In this document: positions 9,443 to 18,293 of the stretch, piece after piece | How the letters are laid out: each line of letters begins with the position of its first letter | Position numbering within the stretch: position 1 is the first letter of the stretch | Origin: an uncultured Methylophilaceae bacterium | Lineage (GTDB): Bacteria > Pseudomonadota > Gammaproteobacteria > Burkholderiales > Methylophilaceae | Direction of reading: 5' to 3' | NCBI GenBank assembly: GCA_903870995.1 | Contig: CAIQFD010000021.1 | Span: 8,461 to 72,460 of the forward strand | DNA: 64,000 nt | Translations under genes and position numbers: made by a program | The notes under the pieces: generated by a model | Seen by the model: the letters and a program-made list of their open reading frames with translations, nothing else | Databases searched by the model: none | What the model was told of the DNA's origin: nothing

Positions 9443-10186
9443 TTAATGCTTACCAGCTTGACCGTCTGGTACAAAGACGTAACCAAATCCCCACATTGTT
9501 TGTAGGTAGCGCGGATGTGCTGGATCAGTCTCAATTAAACGACGTAAGCGTGACACTTGAACATCAATACTACGATCGAACACATCGAGTTCTCGGCCGC
9601 GAGCCAATTGCATCAGCCTGTCACGTGAAAGAGGTTGTCGTGGATGATCAATAAACACTTTAAGCAGTGCGTATTCGCCGCTGGTGATGGTGATGTTTTC
9701 ACCATTTCGGCTAAGGCTACGGGTTGATGGGTCAAATAAGAAGTCACCAAATGCAAGACTACCAGCCACAAGGCCTGGCGCGCTTGGCTCAGCTCGAACT
9801 TGTCTCCGCATGATCGCATTGATACGCGCAAGTAATTCACGCGGATTAAATGGTTTCGGCAAGTAGTCATCAGCACCCATCTCTAAACCAATGATGCGAT
9901 CCACTTCGTCCCCGCGCGCTGTGAGCATGATGATAGGCATCGCGTTACCTGCGGAGCGAAGGCGGCGGCAAATGGCCAATCCATCTTCGCCTGGCAACAT
10001 AAGATCAAGCACCAGTAAGTCGATGTGCTCTTGAGAGAGCACACTATCCATTTCTGTAGAATCTGCTACAGTTTTGATGTTAAAGCCTTGTTCTGATAGG
10101 TAGCGTTGTAACAATTCGCGCATGCGAACGTCATCGTCGACCATCAATATTTTTTTGATGTTGGCTTGTTGTGATGATGTGCTCAT
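9443..10186 (-). CDS. ompR: OmpR-family response regulator
   Basis: Receiver motifs MVDDD and LDLMLPGEDG, plus the winged-helix C-terminus YLQTMWGFGYVF. Lies 31 nt upstream of the kinase gene. Confidence 0.88.
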   Translation of the reverse strand: MSTSSQQANIKKILMVDDDVRMRELLQRYLSEQGFNIKTVADSTEMDSVLSQEHIDLLVLDLMLPGEDGLAICRRLRSAGNAMPIIMLTARGDEVDRIIGLEMGADDYLPKPFNPRELLARINAIMRRQVRAEPSAPGLVAGSLAFGDFLFDPSTRSLSRNGENITITSGEYALLKVFIDHPRQPLSRDRLMQLARGRELDVFDRSIDVQVSRLRRLIETDPAHPRYLQTMWGFGYVFVPDGQAGKH

Positions 10187-10266
10187 TTAAGATTCGCTCC
10201 ATTGGCTTGCGGATTGTTTTATGCGTATTATACGGTTTGCTTGCCGCTATTTTATATATTTAATAC

Positions 10267-10282
10267 GTTACATTTTTTTACA
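10267..10282. promoter_or_regulatory. tandem (G/T)TTACA hexamers at 10-bp phasing, candidate OmpR-type operator
   Basis: GTTACA at 10267-10272 and TTTACA at 10277-10282, with a third TTTACA at 10308-10313. They sit in the divergent ompR / EF-hand intergenic region and resemble E. coli OmpR half-sites (GTTACA-type). Confidence 0.3.
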
Positions 10283-10494
10283 AAACGTTTTTATGTGAAA
10301 TATTAGATTTACATTCATATAGCATGATGACGTTCTGGAATGGTTTGAACTAGTGGTCGTCTATTAGGTCAGACTCACGTTGTTAATGTTAATACGGTTA
10401 AGGATGCATGTTAATTAAACAAAACTTTAATGCTTGCTGTAAGGCCTTGCAATTGAATGTGGTTGATTTTGCCAAATTAAACCGCATCGTTTTA

Positions 10495-11031
10495 ATGTCT
10501 CGTCTTGCCCTCGGCTTGGCTTTGATTTTTTCAAGTGCTGAAGTAATGATGGCTGCGCCTCGTGATAATCAATCGGGTAACGATGAAGCTTCTAAGTCCT
10601 CACAAGCAGACGCTTCAAATTCAAAATCCTCTAATGATCCAGTTGGCGTCAATATGGACGACAACATTCGCTTGCGCCGCGCATTAGATGAGTATTCCCG
10701 TACCGTTGATCCAGCACATGTTCAAATCGAAGAGCGTCGGCGTGTGATGCATCAGCGTTTACAAGAACGTTTCTCACAAACTGATAGAGATAACGACGGA
10801 ACAATTTCTCTCGAAGAAGCTTACGATACGATGCCTCAGTTGGCACGTCATTTTGGCGCTGTAGATTTGAATGGGGACCGTCTGATTACGATGGATGAGT
10901 TAGAGGCCTTGCAAGCGAAAATTGCTGAGCGTCAGCGCGTTGCTTCGGTAAAGGCAGATCCTTCTGAAAGTGAAATCGCCAAGAGCAAGAGTAAACAAAA
11001 CGCTGCAAATAGTCGTAAAAACGCACTTTAA
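10495..11031 (+). CDS. secreted EF-hand calcium-binding protein
   Basis: Signal peptide MSRLALGLALIFSSAEVMMA/AP. Two canonical 12-residue EF loops: DRDNDGTISLEE (nt 10783-10818) and DLNGDRLITMDE (nt 10864-10899). Start moved to the ATG at 10495 because the longer ORF prefix is not signal-like. Confidence 0.75.
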   Translation: MSRLALGLALIFSSAEVMMAAPRDNQSGNDEASKSSQADASNSKSSNDPVGVNMDDNIRLRRALDEYSRTVDPAHVQIEERRRVMHQRLQERFSQTDRDNDGTISLEEAYDTMPQLARHFGAVDLNGDRLITMDELEALQAKIAERQRVASVKADPSESEIAKSKSKQNAANSRKNAL

Positions 11032-11236
11032 TTCATTTTTTATTCTGTTATACCTCAAGCTAATTCGTTGTCTTTTAATTAATTTCTCTATCCCTCCATC
11101 TGCCTTACGATAAAGCAACCTTGCTGAGGTGGCAAAGTTTCTAGCTTGCATATATAGTCTCGTTCAAGAAGCGAAAAAGCTTCAGCTCAAATTGATCTAT
11201 CAGTATTGAGTAAAATTAATAACGAGAGGTAATCAA

Positions 11237-12901
11237 ATGGCAAGTTTCTTTTCAAAAGAGCGCATCATTGCGCCTTCTTCTTACAATCGTTGGTTGATCC
11301 CGCCTGCTGCTTTAGCTGTGCATTTATGTATCGGCATGGCTTATGGTTTTTCAGTATTTTGGAAGCCACTAGGCAACGCTTTGATGGGGACTGATGGTAA
11401 ACCTTTGGCTGCTTGTGCGGCAGGTGCGACCACCTTTGCGGAAAAATTAAGTGGTACAGGTCGTGCATTATTTGCGACTGACTGTAATTGGACCCAATTT
11501 GATTTGGGTTGGATGTATACCTTATTTTTTGTGTTGCTCGGCTGTTCTGCGGCGCTTTGGGGTGGCTGGCTAGAGCGTTCAGGTCCTCGTAAAGCGGGCT
11601 CTGTTGCAACACTTTGCTGGACGGGTGGCTTGCTGATTTCTGCACTTGGTGTTTATACCCATCAACTTTGGATGATGTGGCTAGGCTCAGGGGTGATTGG
11701 TGGAGTGGGCTTGGGCTTGGGTTATATTTCTCCAGTGTCTACCCTTATTAAATGGTTCCCAGATCGTCGAGGTATGGCAACTGGTTTAGCCATTATGGGC
11801 TTCGGTGGCGGTGCACTGGTTGGCTCACCAATTGCGACTAAATTAATGACTTACTTTGCAACGCCAACAGAAGTAGGCGTGTGGCAAACATTTGTCGTGT
11901 TAGCTTTGGTATATGCAGTATTTATGCTTTGTGGCTCACTAGGTTACCGCGTGCCACCCACAGGTTGGCAACCAGAAGGTTGGACCCCTCCAGCTGCAAA
12001 AGCAGGTAATGGCATGATTGCCACGCGCCATGTGCATCTCAAAAATGCGCACAAAACGCCACAGTTTTGGTTGCTTTGGCTGGTTCTCTGTATGAATGTG
12101 TCAGCCAGTATCGGTATTATTGGCGCTGCAGCTCCTATGCTCCAAGAGACATTTGGCGGTATTTTGATTCATCAACCTGATATTGGCTTTGCAGATATTA
12201 AAGCGGATGACGCATTAACCGCGGCTGCGGCTGCGATTGCTGCAGGTTTTGTTGGATTGATTTCCTTGTTTAATATTTTTGGTCGTATCGCTTGGGCAAC
12301 GTCATCTGACAAATTAGGTCGCAAACAAACCTACTTCATCTTTTTTGTATTGGGCGCATTGCTTTACTCACTTGCAAGCTACGGTGCGGATGTGAAATCA
12401 CTGGCGATATTTGGTGCTGCTTTATGCGTCATTGTTTCGATGTATGGTGGTGGGTTCGCAACGATTCCAGCCTATCTTGCCGATATGTTTGGCACACAGT
12501 TTGTTGGTGCAATTCATGGTCGACTTCTCACAGCGTGGTCAACCGCAGGTATTTTAGGGCCTGTGATCGTGAACTATATGCATGATATGCGTGTGGAAGC
12601 CAAAGTACCGTTTGACCAAATATACGCGCCTATTTTTTACGTTTTGGCGGGTATGTTAGTGATTGGTTTTGTGGCTAACTTATTGGTGCGCCCAGTCGCA
12701 GATAAATACTTCATGACTGATGCAGAGTTGGCGGTAGAAAAGAAATTAGCCCATGAGCAAGCTGCGCCAGCACTTAAAGCGGGTGCTACGCAAGCAAGTG
12801 GTGGCTCAGCCATTGCAGTCGTTGCTTGGATTGCCGTGCTAATTCCGATCACTTATGGTGTTTGGAGTACGTTACAAAAAGCTTGGGCATTATTTAGTTG
12901 A
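11237..12901 (+). CDS. MFS transporter, oxalate/formate antiporter (OFA) family
   Basis: 554 aa with about 12 TM segments. N-terminus NRWLIPPAALAVHLCIGMAYGFSVFWKPL is typical of OFA-family proteins. Substrate unknown. Confidence 0.7.
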   Translation: MASFFSKERIIAPSSYNRWLIPPAALAVHLCIGMAYGFSVFWKPLGNALMGTDGKPLAACAAGATTFAEKLSGTGRALFATDCNWTQFDLGWMYTLFFVLLGCSAALWGGWLERSGPRKAGSVATLCWTGGLLISALGVYTHQLWMMWLGSGVIGGVGLGLGYISPVSTLIKWFPDRRGMATGLAIMGFGGGALVGSPIATKLMTYFATPTEVGVWQTFVVLALVYAVFMLCGSLGYRVPPTGWQPEGWTPPAAKAGNGMIATRHVHLKNAHKTPQFWLLWLVLCMNVSASIGIIGAAAPMLQETFGGILIHQPDIGFADIKADDALTAAAAAIAAGFVGLISLFNIFGRIAWATSSDKLGRKQTYFIFFVLGALLYSLASYGADVKSLAIFGAALCVIVSMYGGGFATIPAYLADMFGTQFVGAIHGRLLTAWSTAGILGPVIVNYMHDMRVEAKVPFDQIYAPIFYVLAGMLVIGFVANLLVRPVADKYFMTDAELAVEKKLAHEQAAPALKAGATQASGGSAIAVVAWIAVLIPITYGVWSTLQKAWALFS

Positions 12902-12920
12902 TGCTGATTTAGGAAGCTTT

Positions 12921-12949
12921 AAAGGGGCGATATCTTCGCCCCTTTTTAT
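12921..12949 (+). terminator. rho-independent terminator after the OFA transporter gene
   Basis: Stem AAAGGGGCGA / TCGCCCCTTT with loop TATCT, followed by a T-run. Confidence 0.75.
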
Positions 12950-12973
12950 TTGCGTAAACGAAATGCTTGACGT

Positions 12974-12989
12974 GTGTACGTTCGTACAG
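12974..12989. promoter_or_regulatory. SOS (LexA) box upstream of lexA
   Basis: GTGT-N8-ACAG, one mismatch to CTGT-N8-ACAG. It contains the perfect palindrome TGTACG-TT-CGTACA (12975-12988) and ends 14 nt upstream of the lexA ATG. Confidence 0.6.
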
Positions 12990-13002
12990 TATTGTTGAGG
13001 TT

Positions 13003-13578
13003 ATGGCAAATGACATCGACTATTTAGGCAAGCTTCAAGATTATTATGCAGATCAGAAAATCTTGCCGTCTTATGCTGCAATCGCCCAACTATTAGGCTT
13101 TAAGTCTAAAAATGCGGTGACTGCTTTGGTTGCTAGACTTAAGCTTCAAAACTTCATTGAATCAGCCTCAGATGGCAGACTTAAGCCTGGCCGTCGTTTC
13201 TTTGATCGCGTCCTTGCTGAAAGTACCGTGCAAGCAGGCTTTGCAACCGCTGCATTAAGTGACAGAAGCGACAGTTTAAGTATTGATGACTACTTGATTG
13301 AGCGTCCATCCGACACGGTGCTTATTACCGTTAAAGGCGACTCTATGATTGATGCGGGTATTTTTCAAGACGATGTTGTCATTGTCGAGAAAAAGCAAAG
13401 TGCAAATATTGGGGATGTTGTCGTGGCGATTGTTGATAATGAGTTCACCCTTAAAACCTTAGGGCGCGAAGGCAAAGAGTTTGTGCTTTACCCTGCCAAC
13501 AAAGCTTACCCAACCATTCGTCCGCATGGCCAATTAGAGATTTTTGGCGTGGTGGTCGGACAATTCAGAAAATACTAA
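13003..13578 (+). CDS. lexA: LexA-family SOS repressor (S24 peptidase)
   Basis: Ala-Gly cleavage site in VQAGFA. Catalytic Ser in GDSM and Lys in FTLKTL. SD GAGG lies 3 nt before the ATG at 13003. The N-terminal DNA-binding domain is divergent. Confidence 0.8.
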   Translation: MANDIDYLGKLQDYYADQKILPSYAAIAQLLGFKSKNAVTALVARLKLQNFIESASDGRLKPGRRFFDRVLAESTVQAGFATAALSDRSDSLSIDDYLIERPSDTVLITVKGDSMIDAGIFQDDVVIVEKKQSANIGDVVVAIVDNEFTLKTLGREGKEFVLYPANKAYPTIRPHGQLEIFGVVVGQFRKY

Positions 13579-15110
13579 CTCTGCCCTGATTGATACATCA
13601 GCTCTTTTGATGTGTCTTTATAGCCTGCCTGTACCAACAAGGCCGCTTCAATATATCGACTTACTTTATTTCTAAGTGCTGGTAACTCGAGTAGTTGATA
13701 AAAGTGCTTTGGAAACTTATGCGCCAGCCAAGCGTATAGACTAATGTCTTTGCTTAAGTCTTCAGCTTCTTCTAAATGCTTGGGGCTACTTGAACTTAAC
13801 CAAGCGATGTTTGTGGGCAGCCCTTTCATTTGGTTATTCGCGACACAGTTTAAACAGCTTAAAAAATAATCACGTTCACGTGACTTATCCCAGCCAATTG
13901 GGGCGCAAGTAAAAATAAACTTATCTTTTAAATTGAGCTTTGGGGCGTATTCATCTACCAATAAAGCCAGCTGCGATTGTGTTTGTAAGGGGGCAATTTC
14001 AAACAAGTCACTATCGATGCGAATGCGCTCAGCAAAGTAGGCAAGGGCTTCACTAATTTTATGTGTATGAAGCGTACCAGCGATTTCAGATAGATGCGGG
14101 AAGCTTGGTGAGATTGGTAGTTTGTCTAAGTCTGTCACATCAGATGTGGTGAGCATGTGTTCAAGATGTATCAGCTCGTCGTTTTCAAATGCACTAACAT
14201 AGCCGGTGTCGTAAATGCCAAACCGACCAGCACGCCCCCCAATTTGCCGTACCTCAGTAGCGTTAATTGGGCGGCTAGCGATGCCATCGAACTTATCAAT
14301 GCTTGAAAAAATCACTCGCCGAATAGGTAAATTTAGTCCCATGCCGATAGCGTCGGTAGCGACCAAAATGTCAGCATCACCTTCACAAAAACGCTTAGAT
14401 TCAGTACGCCTTACTTCAGGCGACAGCGCCCCGTAAATAGAAGCAACGCCGTGTCCCCATTGGCGAAATCTTGCGCTTAAAGTAAGTACATCCCTCCGCG
14501 TAAAGGCAATCACAGCATCACCTTTTTGTAATTTTCCTTTGAGATTGGCACGATTATATTTCCTGCCGCTGAGGCCCTCATGTTCAAGCAATAAGGGTGT
14601 TTTGCGTTCTAAATGCGTAATGTCGTATTTTTCGCCCAATGCTTCGATGGCCCTTATGCATGGCGTAGTGACGCTATTGGCTCCGCATACAAACACCTCT
14701 TTTGCTGGTGCACCGATGAGTGCTGCCGTCCAAGCATAGCCTCGTGCTTCGTCTTGTAGCATTTGAATTTCATCAATAATCGCGACATCGACTTCTTGGT
14801 TCGGATTCATCATCTCCACCGTGCAAGCCGTATGTTTGGCGCCAGGAATTAACAGTCGCTCTTCTCCCGTAATTAAGTTGCACGCAACGCCAGCTTCCAT
14901 CAGTCTGTCGCGTATTTCCATGGCTAATAGACGAAGCGGCGCAAGATAAACGCCTGATTCGGCGGCTTGCAGTTTGAGTAACGCTTGGTAAGTTTTACCA
15001 GAGTTGGTTGGGCCTAAATGGAAATGAATTTTACGATTTAAGTTGCGAGCGACTTGAAAGCTGTTTGGAAAATCATGCAATGCTAGCTTGATTGCGAGTT
15101 GCCTATGCAT
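13575..15110 (-). CDS. SUV3-like superfamily-2 ATP-dependent RNA/DNA helicase
   Basis: Motif I GPTNSGKT, APLRLLAMEI, motif II DEIQ, VATDAIGMGLNLPIRRVIF and motif VI GGRAGR. This motif order is typical of Suv3-type helicases. Confidence 0.8.
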   Translation of the reverse strand: MHRQLAIKLALHDFPNSFQVARNLNRKIHFHLGPTNSGKTYQALLKLQAAESGVYLAPLRLLAMEIRDRLMEAGVACNLITGEERLLIPGAKHTACTVEMMNPNQEVDVAIIDEIQMLQDEARGYAWTAALIGAPAKEVFVCGANSVTTPCIRAIEALGEKYDITHLERKTPLLLEHEGLSGRKYNRANLKGKLQKGDAVIAFTRRDVLTLSARFRQWGHGVASIYGALSPEVRRTESKRFCEGDADILVATDAIGMGLNLPIRRVIFSSIDKFDGIASRPINATEVRQIGGRAGRFGIYDTGYVSAFENDELIHLEHMLTTSDVTDLDKLPISPSFPHLSEIAGTLHTHKISEALAYFAERIRIDSDLFEIAPLQTQSQLALLVDEYAPKLNLKDKFIFTCAPIGWDKSRERDYFLSCLNCVANNQMKGLPTNIAWLSSSSPKHLEEAEDLSKDISLYAWLAHKFPKHFYQLLELPALRNKVSRYIEAALLVQAGYKDTSKELMYQSGQS

Positions 15111-15897
15111 TCTCTAGCCAAGCAAGTTCTTGTTCCGTAAACCCTGCGGCAAGACGCGCTGCATGATTGAAAGGTTTACGGGGGGTTGGTGCTTCATATT
15201 GCTTTGCAAGTGACGCATAAGTGTCAATAGGCTCTAAGCCGCGCGATTCGCATAACCAATTAAACCAATGATTGCCTATGGCAACATGACCAATTTCATC
15301 ACGCAAAATAATATCTAGTATCGCTGCCGCTTCCATGTCGCCTACTTGTGCAACTTTTGAGCGCAGCGCAGGCGACGCATCAAGTCCTCTTGCTTCCATC
15401 GTGCGAGGGACTAGAGCGATGCGCGCTAGGATATCATCTGTGGTTCTAGTCGCCATTTCCCATAAGCTGTTATGAGCAGGAAAATCCCCATAAATAAAGC
15501 CAAGTTTAACCAGGTGCTCATTGAGAAGTGTGAAATGGTAGGCCTCTTCAGCAGCTACTTTTAGCCAGTCACCGTAGTATTGCTCGGGCATGTCAGAAAA
15601 TCGCCAGATGGCATCAAGTGCTAAATTAATGGCATTGAATTCAATATGTGCCAGCGCGTGAATCATTACTGCGCGGCCTTCGGTGGTGCGCATGTTGCGA
15701 CGAGCGACATCTTTTGGTGAAACTAAATCAGGTTTACTTGGATAGCCAGGAATATTATCTGGAAGGGTAAATGATAGGCTGGTATCAAGGTCACAACTGC
15801 AAGATGCCCAAACAGATGCTAGCTCAGAAACTTTTTTAGTCTTCTTTAAGAAATCAGTTTCAGCGAGGCAATCAAGCGCCTGTGCGCGTAGTTCCAT
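15103..15897 (-). CDS. DUF455-like ferritin-like di-iron protein
   Basis: Ferritin-like carboxylate/His motifs HALAHIEFNA, EEAYHF, MEARGLD and RDEIGHV. Overlaps the downstream helicase gene by 8 nt. Confidence 0.6.
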   Translation of the reverse strand: MELRAQALDCLAETDFLKKTKKVSELASVWASCSCDLDTSLSFTLPDNIPGYPSKPDLVSPKDVARRNMRTTEGRAVMIHALAHIEFNAINLALDAIWRFSDMPEQYYGDWLKVAAEEAYHFTLLNEHLVKLGFIYGDFPAHNSLWEMATRTTDDILARIALVPRTMEARGLDASPALRSKVAQVGDMEAAAILDIILRDEIGHVAIGNHWFNWLCESRGLEPIDTYASLAKQYEAPTPRKPFNHAARLAAGFTEQELAWLENA

Positions 15898-15909
15898 CTT
15901 GCAAGCTTT

Positions 15910-16902
15910 CTAAATCAACTTGGCCAGCAACAGCTCAGATTTGATATATGCGTAAAGAATAGGCGCAATTAATAAACCCGTAATTCCGAACAAGGACTCC
16001 ATGATCAGGAGTGCAAGCAAAAGCTCCCAAGCCGCGGCATTAATTTTAGTCCCGATGATTTTTGCATTAATGAAATACTCAAGTTTATGCACCGCCACTA
16101 AAAACACGAGTGCCGCAATCGCCACTTTGAATGACACGCCTATGCTAATGACCGTGATGATGGTGTTGGAAATAAGATTGCCGATGACAGGTAGCAAGCC
16201 TGCAAAGAAAGTCACAAGCACTAAAGTTTTGTTATAGGGTAACTCGATACCGAAGTGTGGCAAGACAATCAATAAAAATATACCTGTCAGTAGGGTATTG
16301 ATGGCTGAAATTTTGATTTGTGCAAACACGATGTTTTCAAAAGCTTTGCCAAATAATTGGATGCGTTCCCGCATAGCTTTTGCAAATGGCTGCGCTTTTG
16401 CGAGAGGTGAGAATTTGCCGATAGAAAGCAATAATGCAATCACTACAGCAAGTAAAATATGCGCAAAAGTATGCAGCCCCTCTTTTCCTGCAACGCCAAG
16501 TTCACGGGTGTGCTCTTTAATTAAATCGCTCACAGAGCTGTTCAACGAAAGCATGTTCTCTGGCAAGTAAGCAAGCAGGGTAGGTGGCAAATCATTTTTA
16601 ATATCGTTAACGCTCTCGCCGAGTTTTGCGGCTAAGCCAGCAAGATTTTGCTCGTTGCCCAAGGTTTTTGATATAAATATCCCAGCGCTAGTGAGCATGC
16701 TAATAATAGCAGCGGTAATAAGAACGGCAGCAAGAATGCGCGCTAGCTTTTCTGGCATCTTGAGGGTGAGTTTGTCGCCTAGTCTTTTCGCGAGCAAGTA
16801 AATAAGCATGGCAATGAGGAGCGTAGGCGCCATGTGCAATATTAATACCATGCTAACTATGGCGGTCATGGCAATAAAGCTACTGAGTTTAATGGTGTTC
16901 AT
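15910..16902 (-). CDS. AI-2E family (PerM/UPF0118) membrane transporter
   Basis: 330 aa with about 8 TM segments. Length and hydrophobic pattern fit the AI-2E/PerM family. No experimentally defined motif checked. Confidence 0.55.
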   Translation of the reverse strand: MNTIKLSSFIAMTAIVSMVLILHMAPTLLIAMLIYLLAKRLGDKLTLKMPEKLARILAAVLITAAIISMLTSAGIFISKTLGNEQNLAGLAAKLGESVNDIKNDLPPTLLAYLPENMLSLNSSVSDLIKEHTRELGVAGKEGLHTFAHILLAVVIALLLSIGKFSPLAKAQPFAKAMRERIQLFGKAFENIVFAQIKISAINTLLTGIFLLIVLPHFGIELPYNKTLVLVTFFAGLLPVIGNLISNTIITVISIGVSFKVAIAALVFLVAVHKLEYFINAKIIGTKINAAAWELLLALLIMESLFGITGLLIAPILYAYIKSELLLAKLI

Positions 16903-16933
16903 AGCGTTAAATATTAATACCTTGTGTGTGAAT

Positions 16934-18181
16934 TTACATCAGTAAAAAAATAATAGTGATGACTGTCGGAAGCGAAGCGCCTGCTAGTAAGCCAAGGGCG
17001 CCAATCGATTCGTTATTAAAACCATTTTTAAGCAAGGCTGCGCCAGCTGGATTCGGTGCATTAGCGATAATCGTCAAGCCGCCGCCCGCTACTGCGCCAG
17101 CAACTAGCATATATTGAGATGCGCTCGAGATGTCAGTAATCAGTGAGCCTAGGTAAGTGAGTGCCGCATTGTCTGTTACAGCCGTCAGCGCAACGGCCCC
17201 AAAAAACAGTTCGGTTGGTTTCAAAGTCGATACAATAGGTTGTAGCCACCATTGCTGCATGCCCCCTAACACAACCAGTCCCGCCAGGAAAAAACCGACA
17301 AGTAGGCCTTCTTTTAGTATTAAAGGGCTTTGGTAACCTTTATAGGCTTGGGTGTAGCCCAAGAAGAACATAAACACTGCAAGGAAAATAACTGCATGAT
17401 GCGCGAAAACGACAACAGCGCTTAAAAATAACAAATGAATTGCACTAACGGTATAAGCAAAACTTTCAGTGCTAGCTACTTTTTGAATGCTTGAATTACC
17501 AAGTTGTTTTCTTAAAAAATAGCTAAATAGTGAAGCATTGATCAATACCGCGAGCATAGACTTCCATCCGAACTGGGTAGCCATGAATAGCGTATCCCAA
17601 TGCCAAGTGCCAGCGACCATCAGCACTGGCGGTGCGGCGTATGAAGTGAGCGTCCCACCGATTGAAATGTTAACGAATAACGTGCCTAGCGCGGCATATT
17701 TAAAATGCTCAGGCATCTGTTTGGTGAAAACTAACGGCGCCAAGATAAGTGCTGCTAATGTCATGGCCGCAGGCTCTGTAATGAGTGAGCCTAATAACGG
17801 AACCATAGATAAACTCAGCCAGACTTGTGCTAAACGGCTATCTATTGGTAGGGCGCTCGCCATCACTAAAATCAGTTTTTTAACTATGTCTAAAATTGGC
17901 TTGGATGCTGCAACTACCATTACAACAAACACGAATAATGGCTCGGTGTAAGTGCGCGATTCTAAATATTCAATGGCTTGTTCACCGCTTGTGAAAACCG
18001 CCATTAATGTAATGAGCACCAATGCCCAAAAGCCAAATACAACTTCAACTTCACCCAATAAATGGAGTAAGCCTTGATGCTTGGGAACGCGGTGCACCAG
18101 CGCTTCAAATGACTTGGCGCTAAATGTGTGCAGTAAGGCTAAGCCAAAAATAATTGCGGATAGCGTATTGATAGAAAGCAT
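16934..18181 (-). CDS. polytopic inner-membrane protein, possible Na+/H+ antiporter-like transporter (family uncertain)
   Basis: 415 aa with about 11-12 TM segments and no soluble domain. The family assignment is a recollection only. Confidence 0.4.
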   Translation of the reverse strand: MLSINTLSAIIFGLALLHTFSAKSFEALVHRVPKHQGLLHLLGEVEVVFGFWALVLITLMAVFTSGEQAIEYLESRTYTEPLFVFVVMVVAASKPILDIVKKLILVMASALPIDSRLAQVWLSLSMVPLLGSLITEPAAMTLAALILAPLVFTKQMPEHFKYAALGTLFVNISIGGTLTSYAAPPVLMVAGTWHWDTLFMATQFGWKSMLAVLINASLFSYFLRKQLGNSSIQKVASTESFAYTVSAIHLLFLSAVVVFAHHAVIFLAVFMFFLGYTQAYKGYQSPLILKEGLLVGFFLAGLVVLGGMQQWWLQPIVSTLKPTELFFGAVALTAVTDNAALTYLGSLITDISSASQYMLVAGAVAGGGLTIIANAPNPAGAALLKNGFNNESIGALGLLAGASLPTVITIIFLLM

Positions 18182-18234
18182 GCGCTCTAAAGACTAAGGT
18201 TAAAAACTCATTATACTGAATTTGTGGTGCATAA

Positions 18235-18269
18235 ATTGGGATGCGTTCCTATAAACATGTCATCCCAAT
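18235..18269 (-). terminator. possible terminator hairpin downstream of the RND pump gene
   Basis: 9-bp stem ATTGGGATG / CATCCCAAT with a 17-nt loop. The T-tract on the minus strand is weak. Confidence 0.3.
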
Positions 18270-18293
18270 CTGCTTTTCTGATTTTAATTTGTT

